Source: Candidatus Iainarchaeum sp.
Lineage (GTDB): Archaea > Iainarchaeota > Iainarchaeia > Iainarchaeales > JAXPJC01
Assembly (NCBI GenBank): GCA_016187745.1
Contig: JACPJC010000008.1
Span: 1-26,432 of the forward strand
Length of the DNA: 26,432 nt
Direction: 5' to 3'
Every line of letters begins with the position of its first letter. Within the stretch, counting starts at the first letter, position 1. The notes beneath the pieces were generated by a model. It was not told the origin of the DNA. It saw only the letters and a program-made list of their open reading frames with translations, and made no database searches. This document shows, piece after piece, positions 8,864-18,367 of the stretch. Both the position numbers and the translations under genes were made by a program.

Positions 8864-9856
8864 GTGATGAGCGAGAAGAATGAGAAGGAAGAGAAATCAA
8901 AGAAAACCATGACTATTTCTGAGCTGCCGGGCATTGGGCCCGCAAGCGCGGAAAAGCTTGCTGCAGCAGGATATAAAACATTGGAGAGCATTGCCGTTGC
9001 CTCGCCTATGGAGCTTGTGGAAGCTGCAGGAATTGGGGAGCTGACCGCAGGGAAGGCAATAAATGCGGCAAGGGAAAGCCTTGAAATGGGGTATGAGACC
9101 GCTGATAAAATAATGGAGCGCAGGAAGAACTTGGGGAAAATAAGCACAGGCTCAAAGGAATTGGATTCTTTGCTCGGGGGAGGAATAGAAACCCAGGGAA
9201 TTACTGAGGCATATGGGATGTATGGCTCGGGAAAAAGCCAACTGTGCTTCCAGGCGTCTGTAATGGCGCAGCTGCCTAAGGAAAAGGGCGGGCTTTCTGG
9301 AAATGTGCTGTATGTTGATACGGAGCATACCTTCAGGCCTGAGCGCATCATGCAGATGGCAAAGGTGAAAGGGCTTGACCCTGAGAAAGTGCTGAAGAAC
9401 ATTTTTGTTGCGCGCGCATACAATGCGGACCACCAGATGCTGCTTATTGAGAAGGCCGCGGAAATAATAAAGGAGAAAAACATAAAACTGGTAATTGTGG
9501 ATTCCCTTACTGCGCAGTTCCGCGCGGAATATATCGGAAGGGGAAAGCTCGCGGACAGGCAGCAGAAATTGAACAAGCACATGCACGCGCTGCAGAAGCT
9601 TGCGGAAATGAACAACCTGATTGTATTGGTAACAAACCAGGTAATGAGCAGGCCGGATATCCTGTTCGGGGATCCGACAGCGCCAATAGGGGGAAATATT
9701 GTGGGGCACACGGCAATGTACCGCCTGTATTTCAGGAAAAGCAAGGGAGAAAAGCGCATTGCAAGGCTGGTGGATTCTCCGGGATTGCCTGACGGAGAGG
9801 CGATATTTGCAGTAACAGAAAGGGGAATAGAAGACGCAAAGCCGGAGAAAGAATAG
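8864..9856 (+). CDS. radA: DNA repair and recombination protein RadA
   Basis: HhH ELPGIGP, Walker [22 protein letters not shown], Walker [20 protein letters not shown]; no intein. Confidence 0.97.
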   Translation: MMSEKNEKEEKSKKTMTISELPGIGPASAEKLAAAGYKTLESIAVASPMELVEAAGIGELTAGKAINAARESLEMGYETADKIMERRKNLGKISTGSKELDSLLGGGIETQGITEAYGMYGSGKSQLCFQASVMAQLPKEKGGLSGNVLYVDTEHTFRPERIMQMAKVKGLDPEKVLKNIFVARAYNADHQMLLIEKAAEIIKEKNIKLVIVDSLTAQFRAEYIGRGKLADRQQKLNKHMHALQKLAEMNNLIVLVTNQVMSRPDILFGDPTAPIGGNIVGHTAMYRLYFRKSKGEKRIARLVDSPGLPDGEAIFAVTERGIEDAKPEKE

Positions 9857-10003
9857 GCTTTGTGTTTTTTTAATTTTTGCGGCAATTGTTCTGTTGGCTT
9901 GTTATAATAGTTGTTAAGTCCAATCGAGGTCGACTCGCATATGTTTAGGTGAGAAACTAACAATTTAGATATGTTTAAATAAGAGAATAATTAACTATAA
10001 CAT

Positions 10004-10603
10004 ATGAAACAAAAATATTTTTGGATTTTGGGGATTGTTATTGTTTTAGTTATAGCTGGAATAATTTTGATTATCCCTTATATTAAAGAAGATTCAACAG
10101 GGGGCGTACCTATATTTGGCATAGTAAGTCTAACTTCTTCTGGGCGGAACTATGCAACAGCAGTAATAAACGAACCTATTAATTTCGAAACAAAAATTGC
10201 GCCTACGCCAAATGGTACGATTTTTAGACTGGTTCTTCCTCAAGGGGTCGAGTATGTTTCCGGAGATTTTGAGTTGAAAAATGGTGAACTATTATTAGAA
10301 GGTGGGGGATTAGAAGGTGAGAATGTCAGACAAAACACAAATTATGATTTTGTTATAAAAGGGACAAGTGAAGGTAAACATAGTATTCAAATTTGGGCAG
10401 GTGCGGAGGATAAGCCAGGCCTTAGTGGTATGACATATAAGATTGAGGGACGCGATTATCGGTTTTGGGAATTTAAAATAGCAACACTATGCGCAGCAGA
10501 AACTTTAGAAAAAGCTACAGAATTATGTGTGCAGATAGAAGGAACTTGCGAAACTCTTGAATGTGTGCAAGAACGAATGAAAGGAGCTGGAACAGTAGAA
10601 TAA
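10004..10603 (+). CDS. Membrane-anchored/secreted hypothetical protein with beta-rich (Ig-like?) domain
   Basis: N-terminal K-rich segment plus hydrophobic helix; four C-terminal Cys; AT-richer than its neighbours. Confidence 0.75.
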   Translation: MKQKYFWILGIVIVLVIAGIILIIPYIKEDSTGGVPIFGIVSLTSSGRNYATAVINEPINFETKIAPTPNGTIFRLVLPQGVEYVSGDFELKNGELLLEGGGLEGENVRQNTNYDFVIKGTSEGKHSIQIWAGAEDKPGLSGMTYKIEGRDYRFWEFKIATLCAAETLEKATELCVQIEGTCETLECVQERMKGAGTVE

Positions 10604-10883
10604 TAATTTTAGCCGGCTAGTCTATACTTCTCCGAATTGCTTTACAATTCTTAGTTCTTTCTTGCATAAAAAAAGACTTAACAGCACTTTTTACGGTTAC
10701 ACCTTGCACTGCAACGATTGTACTATTTTTCATTTGTACCAAAAGCGCTTTATAAGGCGCCTGCGCAGTTATTTCAGATCTCACAAATCTGGCTGAAAAT
10801 TGGATTAAAACCTGCTTCTTTTTTGTTATTTTTGCCGGCGCAAAACAAAATCAATTTAAAGAGGGAGCGCGCTATTAATTGCA

Positions 10884-12602
10884 ATGAAGAATCTTGAAAT
10901 TGCTTCTCTCTTCTATAAAATTGCCGATTTGCTTGAAATGCAGAATGTGAAGTGGAAGCCGCAGGCATACAGGCGCGCCGCGCAATCGCTGGAGGCGCTC
11001 GAGAGGGACATTGAAGAGCTCTGGAAGGAAGGGACGCTGAAGGAAATTCCCGGGGTTGGGGAAGGCATTGCAAGGCATATTGACGAGTTTTTGCGCAGGG
11101 GAAAAATAAGGCCTTTTGAGGCAATTATGCGCAAGATTCCCAAAGGTCTTGGGGAGCTGATGGAGATTGAGAGCATCGGCCCAAAGAAGGCCTTTTTCCT
11201 TTACAAGAAATTGAAGATAAAAAATCTTGGGGATCTGGAAGCCGCTGTTAAAAGGCACAAACTGGGGGGTTTGCCCGGATTCGGGGAGAAAAGCGAGCAG
11301 AACATACTGAAGGGAATCGGCATGTACAAAAGCGGGCATGAGAGGATGCTGCTTGGAAAGGCGCTTTCAATTGCCGAGGGGATTGTTGATGAATTGAAAA
11401 AAAACAGGGGAATTGAGAGGATTGCAATTGCAGGAAGTTTGCGCAGGATGAAGGAAACCATTGGGGACATTGACATCCTTGCAACTGCGGAAAATGCAGA
11501 AGAGGTTATGGACGCGTTTGTGAATATGCCGGATGTCAGGGATGTGCTTGCAAAGGGAACAACAAAAACAACTGTTGTGCTTAACTCGGGGGTTCAGGCC
11601 GATGTGAGGGTATTGAAGGATAGCGAGTTCGGCTCAGCGCTGCAGTATTTCACGGGCAACAAGGAGCACAATATCAAATTGAGGGAGATTGCAATAAAGC
11701 GCGGGCTGAAACTGAGCGAGTACGGCCTTTTTGAGAAAAAAACAGGGAGGAGGATTGCGGGGAAAACTGAGGAGGAAATATACGCGAAATTCGGCATGAA
11801 ATACATCGAGCCTGAGCTGCGCGAGGACCGCGGGGAGCTGCAGGCAGCGATGCAGGGAAAGCTGCCTAAAATTATCAGCTATGGCTCAGCAAAGGGGGAT
11901 TTCCATGTCCATTCAAACTGGAGCGAGGGCTCTGAGGGCATTGAGGAAATTGCAAATGCTGCGAAGAATATTGGCTATGAATGGATATGCCTTACAGACC
12001 ATTCAAAATCCGAAAGGATTGCGCATGGCTTGGATGAGGAGAAAGTGCTGAAGCAGATTGCTGAAATAAGGAGAATTAACAGAAAATTCAGGGATTTCCG
12101 CATACTTGCGGGAAGTGAAGTGGACATAAAGGCGGATGGGGGGCTTGATTTTTCCAATGAAATACTGAAAAAGCTTGATGTTGTTGTTGTTGCCGTGCAT
12201 TCAGGATTCAAAAGCGCTAAGGGGCAGATGACTGCGCGCGTGTTGGATGGAATAAATAACAAGTATGTGAAAATAATTGCGCATCCCACTGGAAGGCTTA
12301 TTGGAAAAAGGGAAGGGTATGAAATTGATTTGGAAAGGGTTTTTGAGGCGTGCGCAAAAAGGGGCGTAATGCCGGAGATAAATGCCTATCCCGAAAGGAC
12401 GGATTTGAATGATGCGAATGCGAAAAGGGCAATTGAGCTTGGATGCAGGCTTGCAATAGGGACTGATGCGCACAGCATTGGGCAGCTGCATTACATGAGA
12501 TTGGGGATTGCAATGGCAAGAAGGGCATGGGCCGGGGGGAAGGACATTGCAAATACGCTCAATTTGAAGGAAATTGAAAATCTGCTTAAGTTACGGGAGT
12601 GA
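10884..12602 (+). CDS. polX: DNA polymerase X with C-terminal PHP domain
   Basis: AYRRAA, HhH repeats (IPGVG, IESIG, LPGFG), GSLRRMKETIGDIDIL, YFTGNKEHN, LSEYGLF; PHP motifs DFHVHS, TDHS, AHP, GTDAH. Confidence 0.96.
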   Translation: MKNLEIASLFYKIADLLEMQNVKWKPQAYRRAAQSLEALERDIEELWKEGTLKEIPGVGEGIARHIDEFLRRGKIRPFEAIMRKIPKGLGELMEIESIGPKKAFFLYKKLKIKNLGDLEAAVKRHKLGGLPGFGEKSEQNILKGIGMYKSGHERMLLGKALSIAEGIVDELKKNRGIERIAIAGSLRRMKETIGDIDILATAENAEEVMDAFVNMPDVRDVLAKGTTKTTVVLNSGVQADVRVLKDSEFGSALQYFTGNKEHNIKLREIAIKRGLKLSEYGLFEKKTGRRIAGKTEEEIYAKFGMKYIEPELREDRGELQAAMQGKLPKIISYGSAKGDFHVHSNWSEGSEGIEEIANAAKNIGYEWICLTDHSKSERIAHGLDEEKVLKQIAEIRRINRKFRDFRILAGSEVDIKADGGLDFSNEILKKLDVVVVAVHSGFKSAKGQMTARVLDGINNKYVKIIAHPTGRLIGKREGYEIDLERVFEACAKRGVMPEINAYPERTDLNDANAKRAIELGCRLAIGTDAHSIGQLHYMRLGIAMARRAWAGGKDIANTLNLKEIENLLKLRE

Positions 12603-13533
12603 AGAGAACCTTTGAGCTGAAGCCCGCGACTATGAAGAGTATGTAGAGCAGCAGGAACATCAGCCCGGCTTTGTTGTTTATTCCCTCATGTTTGAGTAGG
12701 TTATAGCCGAGGAAGGAATTCGCAACCACCAAAAACACTATCGGCAGCAGGAAGATGCTGAAATTTGCGGTTGTTGGATTTATAACTATTGCTGCGCCAA
12801 GCACAAGGGTAAGATTTACAACAGAGCTTCCGAGGATGTCCCCGAGCGCGAGCGCGACATAGCCCTTGCGGATTGCAGTGAAATCTATTGCAAGCGATGG
12901 CAGGGTAGTGCCAAACGCAATCAGGGTCATTCCAATAATCGCATCAGGCAGGCCCATCAGCCCCGCAATTACTATTCCCTCCTCAACAACGAATTTAGAG
13001 CTCACAAAAACAAACAGCAGCCCCAACAGGAATATTGATATGGCGCCGGAGAGCTGTTTTTTTGTAATGCCGTCCTTCATGTTAAGGGTAAAGCGCTTTT
13101 TAATCACAAAAAATACATAGAGGAAAAAGAGGATTATCAAAATCAATCCCTCGGCAAGGGTGAGTATGCCCCTTGACAAAACAACAAGCGGAATCAGGCT
13201 TATGAGGAAAAGGAGCTCCGCGCTTTCAATTGTCTGCTCGCGCCTCACCTTGATTTTTCTTATGAGCGCGGCAATTCCCAGAACAAGGCATATGTTCGCA
13301 ATGCTGCTTCCGAGGACATCGCCTATTGCAAGGGATGTTTTGCCTATCATGGATGCATTTACCGAAATCATGAAATCCGGCAAGGAATTTGCGACAGCAA
13401 CAATTATGAAGGCTATTGCGAGCTGCGATACCCCTAAATACTCGGAGATTTTTATTGCAGCCCTTATAACTGCCTCACTGCTTATAACAAGCACCACCAA
13501 AGCAATTACAAATATGGCAATTGTGAAAATCAT
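12586..13533 (-). CDS. CaCA (YrbG/NCX-like) cation exchanger
   Basis: About 10 TM segments in two repeats; alpha-repeats ANSLPD...GDVLGS and GTTLPS...GDILGS. Start at ATG 13533; 17-bp convergent overlap with polX. Confidence 0.9.
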   Translation of the reverse strand: MIFTIAIFVIALVVLVISSEAVIRAAIKISEYLGVSQLAIAFIIVAVANSLPDFMISVNASMIGKTSLAIGDVLGSSIANICLVLGIAALIRKIKVRREQTIESAELLFLISLIPLVVLSRGILTLAEGLILIILFFLYVFFVIKKRFTLNMKDGITKKQLSGAISIFLLGLLFVFVSSKFVVEEGIVIAGLMGLPDAIIGMTLIAFGTTLPSLAIDFTAIRKGYVALALGDILGSSVVNLTLVLGAAIVINPTTANFSIFLLPIVFLVVANSFLGYNLLKHEGINNKAGLMFLLLYILFIVAGFSSKVLFTPVT

Positions 13534-13614
13534 AATATAGTAATGGGGCTGCAGAATAAAAATAATGCTGTTGCAGGGGGAAAAATTAATAAATGGAAGA
13601 AGCGTCATTAAATT

Positions 13615-13917
13615 ATGAAAAAGCGCGGAAGGCTTGAGGGCTTTGCGGAGGAGCAGACGCTGCTTTCTAAGGAGCGCACGCTGCTTTCCAAGGAAAGGAC
13701 CGTGCTTACTGAAATAACCGTCTTTATTGCGGTAATTGCGCTCGGCTTCGGGCTGATAAGGTTTTTTGAGCATTCGCAATATGAGGCGCTTATGGCATAC
13801 CTCGGGATTTTTGTAATTCTGTTCGGGGTTCTGGGAATACTGCTTTCAATAAGGGGCTACAGGAAGTATGCGGATGAGGCGGGAAGCCTTGAGAGAAGCA
13901 TAAACAATTCGGATTAG
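13615..13917 (+). CDS. DUF202/YidH-like small membrane protein
   Basis: LSKERT.L motif followed by two TM helices. Confidence 0.75.
   Translation: MKKRGRLEGFAEEQTLLSKERTLLSKERTVLTEITVFIAVIALGFGLIRFFEHSQYEALMAYLGIFVILFGVLGILLSIRGYRKYADEAGSLERSINNSD
13651..13710 (+). repeat. In-frame degenerate 21-bp tandem repeat (about 3 copies)
   Basis: gagcagacgctgctttctaag / gagcgcacgctgctttccaag / gaaaggaccgtgcttact, encoding EQTLLSK-ERTLLSK-ERTVLT. Confidence 0.8.
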
Positions 13918-13979
13918 CCTTGGCGCGCAATTCCCTCCTTTTTTTAAATTGTGTTCAGGAAAGGTATTATTGGGAGAGC

Positions 13980-15872
13980 ATGGCAAAGGGTTCAATTGCG
14001 GAGCTGCTTGAAACGCTGCAGGGATATGAGACGGATGAGCACATTGCCGGGGTGCAGAAGGCATTTGAGCTTGCCAGGGGCCTTTATGGAAGTGAATTGA
14101 GGGAATCAAGGAAATTCTGCATAAAGCACCTTGTTGAGGTTGCGGGCATTGTTGCGGGATTAAGGCTTGACTGCAATGCGGTTTCCGCGGCGCTGCTTCA
14201 TGAGGCTGTTGCGGACGGGAAAATTACGGCCGAGGAGATAGAAAAGGCAACAAACAGGGAAACCGCTGCGCTTGTTGACGGGCTGGCAAAGCTAAAGAGA
14301 ATTTCCCTCAAGATAAAGAACATTGCCGAAATGGAAAACATGAGGAAGGTGCTGCTCGCAACAAGCAAGGACATAAGGACTTTGATAATTCTCCTTGCTG
14401 AAAGGGTTGCGGAGCTCGGGGAATTTGGCAGGCTCGGGAAGGAGAAGCAGGAGGAGCTTGCAGAAGAAAACCTTAACATCTATGCGCCAATTGCGCACAA
14501 AATGGGAATGAACAAGATAAAGGACATTCTTGAGGACAATTCATTGAAATACCTTAAGCCGGAAATTTACAGCAAGCTTGCGGGGATGCTTTCAGCCTAC
14601 CGGAAGGAAAAGGAAAAAAGCCTTGAGAAGGCAAGGCAGGCGCTCAGGAAGAAATTTGAGGAGCTCGGGATAAATGCGGAAATACAGGGGAGGACAAAGC
14701 ACATTTACAGCATATACAGGAAAATCTATGAGCGGAACATAAAATTCAATGAGATATATGATTTGGTTGCGCTGCGCGTAATTACAGGGAGCGTAAAGGA
14801 ATGCTATGAGCTGCTTGGGATGATACACTCAATCTGGAATCCGCTTCCGGGAAGGTTTGATGATTACATTGCAAGGCCGAAGCCCAACATGTACCAGAGC
14901 CTGCATACGACAGTAATAGGGCCGGACAACAGGCCCATTGAGATACAGATAAGAACTTTGGAGATGCACAGGATTGCGGAGGATGGAATTGCAGCGCACT
15001 GGCGCTATAAGGGGGAGATGGGCGAAAAGGATTATGACAAGAAGCTGCTCTGGCTAAAGGAGATTTATGACTGGCAGCGCGGAAAGGAGGAAAAGGGGAA
15101 TATTGATTCGCTGAAAATTGATTTTTTCGAGAACAATATTTTTGTTCTGACACCAAAAGGCGAGGTAATAGAGCTGCCTGAGGGCTCGACCCCCATAGAC
15201 TTTGCATATGCAATCCACAGCGATCTGGGGGGCAAATGCGAAAGGGCAAAGGTCGATGGAAAGCTTGTTCCGCTGTCCTATGCGCTTGAGTCCGGGGACA
15301 ATGTTGAAATTATAACTTCCCCAGCGCAGATGCCGAAAAGCGCGTGGCTGAATTTCGTGAAAACAAGCAAGGCAAGGGAGAAAATAAGGGAGGCGCTGCA
15401 GATTCAGGCAGCAAAACCCCAAAAGGCAAGAAAGCGCGGGGCAAGGCAGGTCATAATAAAGGCCTCGGACAAGAGGCTGAGGCTTGCAAAGTGCTGCAGC
15501 CCGCTCCCCGGGGACGAGGTTGTCGGGATACTCACAACAAAGCGCAAAATTTCAGTGCACAGGGCAAATTGCGAGAACATAAGGGTTCTGGGCTCCAGGG
15601 AAAAAATTGTGAATGTTGATTTTTCAGGGGGAAAAGGAAAATTCCCCGCATCGTTTGCGGTTGAGGCAAAGGACAGGCCCAATCTGCTTTCGGACATTCT
15701 CAACCTCATTTCAAGGGACAATGTGACCATAAGCTCGGCAGAGGCAAAATCCCTTGGAAAGGAGCAGACCGCATGCAAATTTGTTGTTATGGTGAGCAGG
15801 CCGGAGCAGCTCGAAAGGATAATAAATAATTTGTCCAGTGCAAAGGGAATAACACGCGCTTACAGGATTTAA
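13980..15872 (+). CDS. rel: Long RelA/SpoT homologue (pseudo-HD, synthetase, TGS, ZFD, ACT/RRM)
   Basis: GRTKHIYSIYRK, YDLVALRVI, DYIARPKPNMYQSLHTTV, EIQIRT..MH..AE.GIAAHWRYK; TGS DFAYAIHSDLG; ZFD AKCC..HRANC; ACT DRPNLLSDI. Start at ATG 13980. Confidence 0.95.
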   Translation: MAKGSIAELLETLQGYETDEHIAGVQKAFELARGLYGSELRESRKFCIKHLVEVAGIVAGLRLDCNAVSAALLHEAVADGKITAEEIEKATNRETAALVDGLAKLKRISLKIKNIAEMENMRKVLLATSKDIRTLIILLAERVAELGEFGRLGKEKQEELAEENLNIYAPIAHKMGMNKIKDILEDNSLKYLKPEIYSKLAGMLSAYRKEKEKSLEKARQALRKKFEELGINAEIQGRTKHIYSIYRKIYERNIKFNEIYDLVALRVITGSVKECYELLGMIHSIWNPLPGRFDDYIARPKPNMYQSLHTTVIGPDNRPIEIQIRTLEMHRIAEDGIAAHWRYKGEMGEKDYDKKLLWLKEIYDWQRGKEEKGNIDSLKIDFFENNIFVLTPKGEVIELPEGSTPIDFAYAIHSDLGGKCERAKVDGKLVPLSYALESGDNVEIITSPAQMPKSAWLNFVKTSKAREKIREALQIQAAKPQKARKRGARQVIIKASDKRLRLAKCCSPLPGDEVVGILTTKRKISVHRANCENIRVLGSREKIVNVDFSGGKGKFPASFAVEAKDRPNLLSDILNLISRDNVTISSAEAKSLGKEQTACKFVVMVSRPEQLERIINNLSSAKGITRAYRI

Positions 15873-15929
15873 CAGCACAATGGCAAAGCTCGGCGCAGGG
15901 AAAATTATATTAAGCTGAATTGCCCTATA

Positions 15930-16679
15930 GTGAGGAATATGGAGCGCGTTGCAACGGGAATAGACGGCTTTGACAGGCTTATTGATGGCGGATTGCCAAA
16001 AGGGAGGACCTTCCTTGTTACAGGAGGCTGCGGAACAGGAAAGACGCTTTTTTCACTTGAGTATATTTTCAACGGGGCGAAGGAATATTCCGAGCCGGGT
16101 GTTTTTGTGACAATTGATGCGACCCCGAAAACAATAAGGGAGGACGCGCTCGCAATAGGCATGGACATCAAAAAGCTTGAGGAGAAGGGGCTTGTGAAAA
16201 TAATTGATGCCTCTGTTGCAAGGATTGGAATCCCCTCGCAGGAGGAGTATGCGATGCCCGTTACCGGCTTTGACCTGGACAAGCTGCTCCTGGAAACAAT
16301 GCGCGCGACAAAAAAAATCGGCGCAAAAAGGGTTGTGATTGATTCAACACCTGCGCTGGGGCTGACTTTCCAGAATTCCGAGGATGTGAGGAAGGCTGTT
16401 CTTAAAATCAATTATGTGCTCTCGCAGAGCGGGGCAACTTCCATGATAATTTCCGAAATTGCTGAAGGCTCAAAGGCGCTGAGCAAATATGGGGTTGAGG
16501 AATATGTTGTTGACGGGGTAATTGTCCTGCATTACCTTGAGGCAGGGGCAGGGGCGAACCGCCTGCTGCATGTGAGGAAGATGCGCGCGACGAAGCATTC
16601 CGAGGACCTGCATCCGCTTGAGATAACTGATTCCGGGATAAAAATTTACAAAATAGAGGAATTCAGGAAGAAGCGCTGA
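15930..16679 (+). CDS. Single-domain KaiC/RAD55-family ATPase
   Basis: TGIDGFD.LI.GG.P, Walker A GGCGTGKT, Walker B VVIDS, EEYVVDGVI, RKMRAT.H. Confidence 0.93.
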   Translation: MRNMERVATGIDGFDRLIDGGLPKGRTFLVTGGCGTGKTLFSLEYIFNGAKEYSEPGVFVTIDATPKTIREDALAIGMDIKKLEEKGLVKIIDASVARIGIPSQEEYAMPVTGFDLDKLLLETMRATKKIGAKRVVIDSTPALGLTFQNSEDVRKAVLKINYVLSQSGATSMIISEIAEGSKALSKYGVEEYVVDGVIVLHYLEAGAGANRLLHVRKMRATKHSEDLHPLEITDSGIKIYKIEEFRKKR

Positions 16680-16723
16680 GCAACTTGGTTGGAAAACTTG
16701 GGGTTGATAAGGGCATAATGCCC

Positions 16724-18325
16724 TTATATTTCCTGCAGCCTTTTTATTATCTTGTCAATGCCTATTGCAATTGCAAGCGAGCCGAATTTCGGCCCCTGCT
16801 CCTTCCCTATTGTCATAAGGTATAATTTTCTGAATATTTCCCTTGGCTGGAGCTCATGCTGCTTTGCGGAGCCGTAAATTAGCATCTGTATTTCCTCGGG
16901 GGTTTTCGCTTTTGGCAGCTGCCTTGCTATTTCGCTGAAAACTTCCCTTGTTTTGCTGTCATGCTCTAATCCTTTGGGGGCTTTTTCAAGAAATCTTATT
17001 TTCATTTCCTCAGGGGCATAATTGTCCAGCCAGTATTTTGCCCTGAGAAGCTGCTGCCTTATTTCGCCCTTCTGCCCCTTTGCCTGCCCTGCGCTTATGT
17101 GGCTTGTTTCTGAAAGTATTTCAAGCGCCTTTTCAATGTTTTTTTCCGGATCCGCAATCTGCGCAACGAGGGTCTGCAGGGAAAAGGGAATCTGCGCAGG
17201 CATTTCTTTCTGGGCTTTGCGCATTTGCGAGAGTGCATAGTCCTTCCTTGCTGTTCCTGTAAGGCCTTCATCGCGAAGTTTTTCCGCGCCATAGTAGACG
17301 CGCTCTGCCTGCTCATATCTTTCAACAAGCAGGGGGAAGGAATTGTCATTTAGGCTGAACTCTATTGCAGAGCCCGGGCGGTAGGAAAGGTTCATAAACC
17401 TGAAAATTTCCGGCTTTGCAACTTTCAGCCATTCCTGCAAATCAATTACGTTCCCAATAGAGCCTGACATTTTTGCGCCGCGAAGCTGGATGAATTCAGC
17501 GCCATAGAGGAGAGGCGCTTCCATTCCGAAAATTTCCTTTGCAAATGCCTTTCCAGTATCTACTGATCCCCCGCGGGCAAAATGGTCCTTTCCCCCGGAT
17601 TCAAATGCGACATTGAAGACGCTCCAGCCTGCGGGCCAGTGCATGCGCCAGTGCAATTTTGCCCTTCCATCAAAGGGCCTTGTTTTTGCCTTGTGCCCGC
17701 AGCCGCCTGATTCTTTTTTGCATGCGTATTCGACTTCCTTCCCGTCCCAGTTCCCTGCTTCAGTAAAACTTAATTTGCCGCAGTTTTCGCACACTATCTG
17801 GATTGGAAGGAAATTTGGCGCCTTTTCAGTCCCGGTTATTTCATTCCAAATCCCCACAATCTTCTGCGCATTGTCAAGCGCGGTTTTTATTTTCTCATTG
17901 TAAAGGCCTTTTTTGTAGGATTCGTAGCAGCTTATCCTGTTGGGAACTGCCCCAAAATCCCCAATGGCCTCAAAAAGCTTGCCGGTAAAGCAGGAAGCCC
18001 AGGATTTGTATTCCGGGAAAGGGCTCGGGATATTGTAATATGGCACGCCCTTGTACTGCTCAAAGTCCTTTTCTTTTATTGGGAGATTGCCGGGAATTTT
18101 GTCCATGGGGTCAAAATCATCAGCAAGGAAATTGAATTTTGCCTTGAGCCCTTTTGCAGCCAGCGCCTCATAAACCAGTTCCGGGACAAAATACTCAACC
18201 CTTGCGTTGCCTATGTGGAAGTATCCGCTCGGAGTCCACATTCCGTGGCATACGTATTCCTTAAGGTTTTTTTCAGCAAGCGCGCCTGCAATTAACTCAG
18301 GCCATGCCTTTTCAGAGGAAGCCAT
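16724..18325 (-). CDS. lysS: Class I lysyl-tRNA synthetase
   Basis: TPSGYFHIGN, two Cys-rich Zn segments, KLHWR.HWP, ESGGKDH, KMSGS, GPKFG. Confidence 0.95.
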   Translation of the reverse strand: MASSEKAWPELIAGALAEKNLKEYVCHGMWTPSGYFHIGNARVEYFVPELVYEALAAKGLKAKFNFLADDFDPMDKIPGNLPIKEKDFEQYKGVPYYNIPSPFPEYKSWASCFTGKLFEAIGDFGAVPNRISCYESYKKGLYNEKIKTALDNAQKIVGIWNEITGTEKAPNFLPIQIVCENCGKLSFTEAGNWDGKEVEYACKKESGGCGHKAKTRPFDGRAKLHWRMHWPAGWSVFNVAFESGGKDHFARGGSVDTGKAFAKEIFGMEAPLLYGAEFIQLRGAKMSGSIGNVIDLQEWLKVAKPEIFRFMNLSYRPGSAIEFSLNDNSFPLLVERYEQAERVYYGAEKLRDEGLTGTARKDYALSQMRKAQKEMPAQIPFSLQTLVAQIADPEKNIEKALEILSETSHISAGQAKGQKGEIRQQLLRAKYWLDNYAPEEMKIRFLEKAPKGLEHDSKTREVFSEIARQLPKAKTPEEIQMLIYGSAKQHELQPREIFRKLYLMTIGKEQGPKFGSLAIAIGIDKIIKRLQEI

Positions 18326-18367
18326 AAAGCATCATATAAATTAGAGTAGATAAATTAAATAAGCCTG

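Noticed and set aside
8809-9963. 384-aa minus-strand ORF
   Set aside because: Antisense to radA with Ser/Phe-rich shadow composition. The same applies to the many short ORFs opposite rtcA, polX, rel, lysS and rpa.
13534-13779. 82-aa N-terminal extension of the CaCA ORF
   Set aside because: Overlaps the divergent DUF202-like gene; the first TM helix begins at ATG 13533.
15930-16679. Circadian clock KaiC
   Set aside because: Single domain, no Ser/Thr phosphosites and no kaiA/kaiB; an ordinary archaeal KaiC/RAD55-like ATPase.
16724-18325. KMSGS instead of KMSKS in LysRS as a sign of inactivation
   Set aside because: KMSGS/KMSSS variants are normal in class I LysRS; the other motifs are intact.
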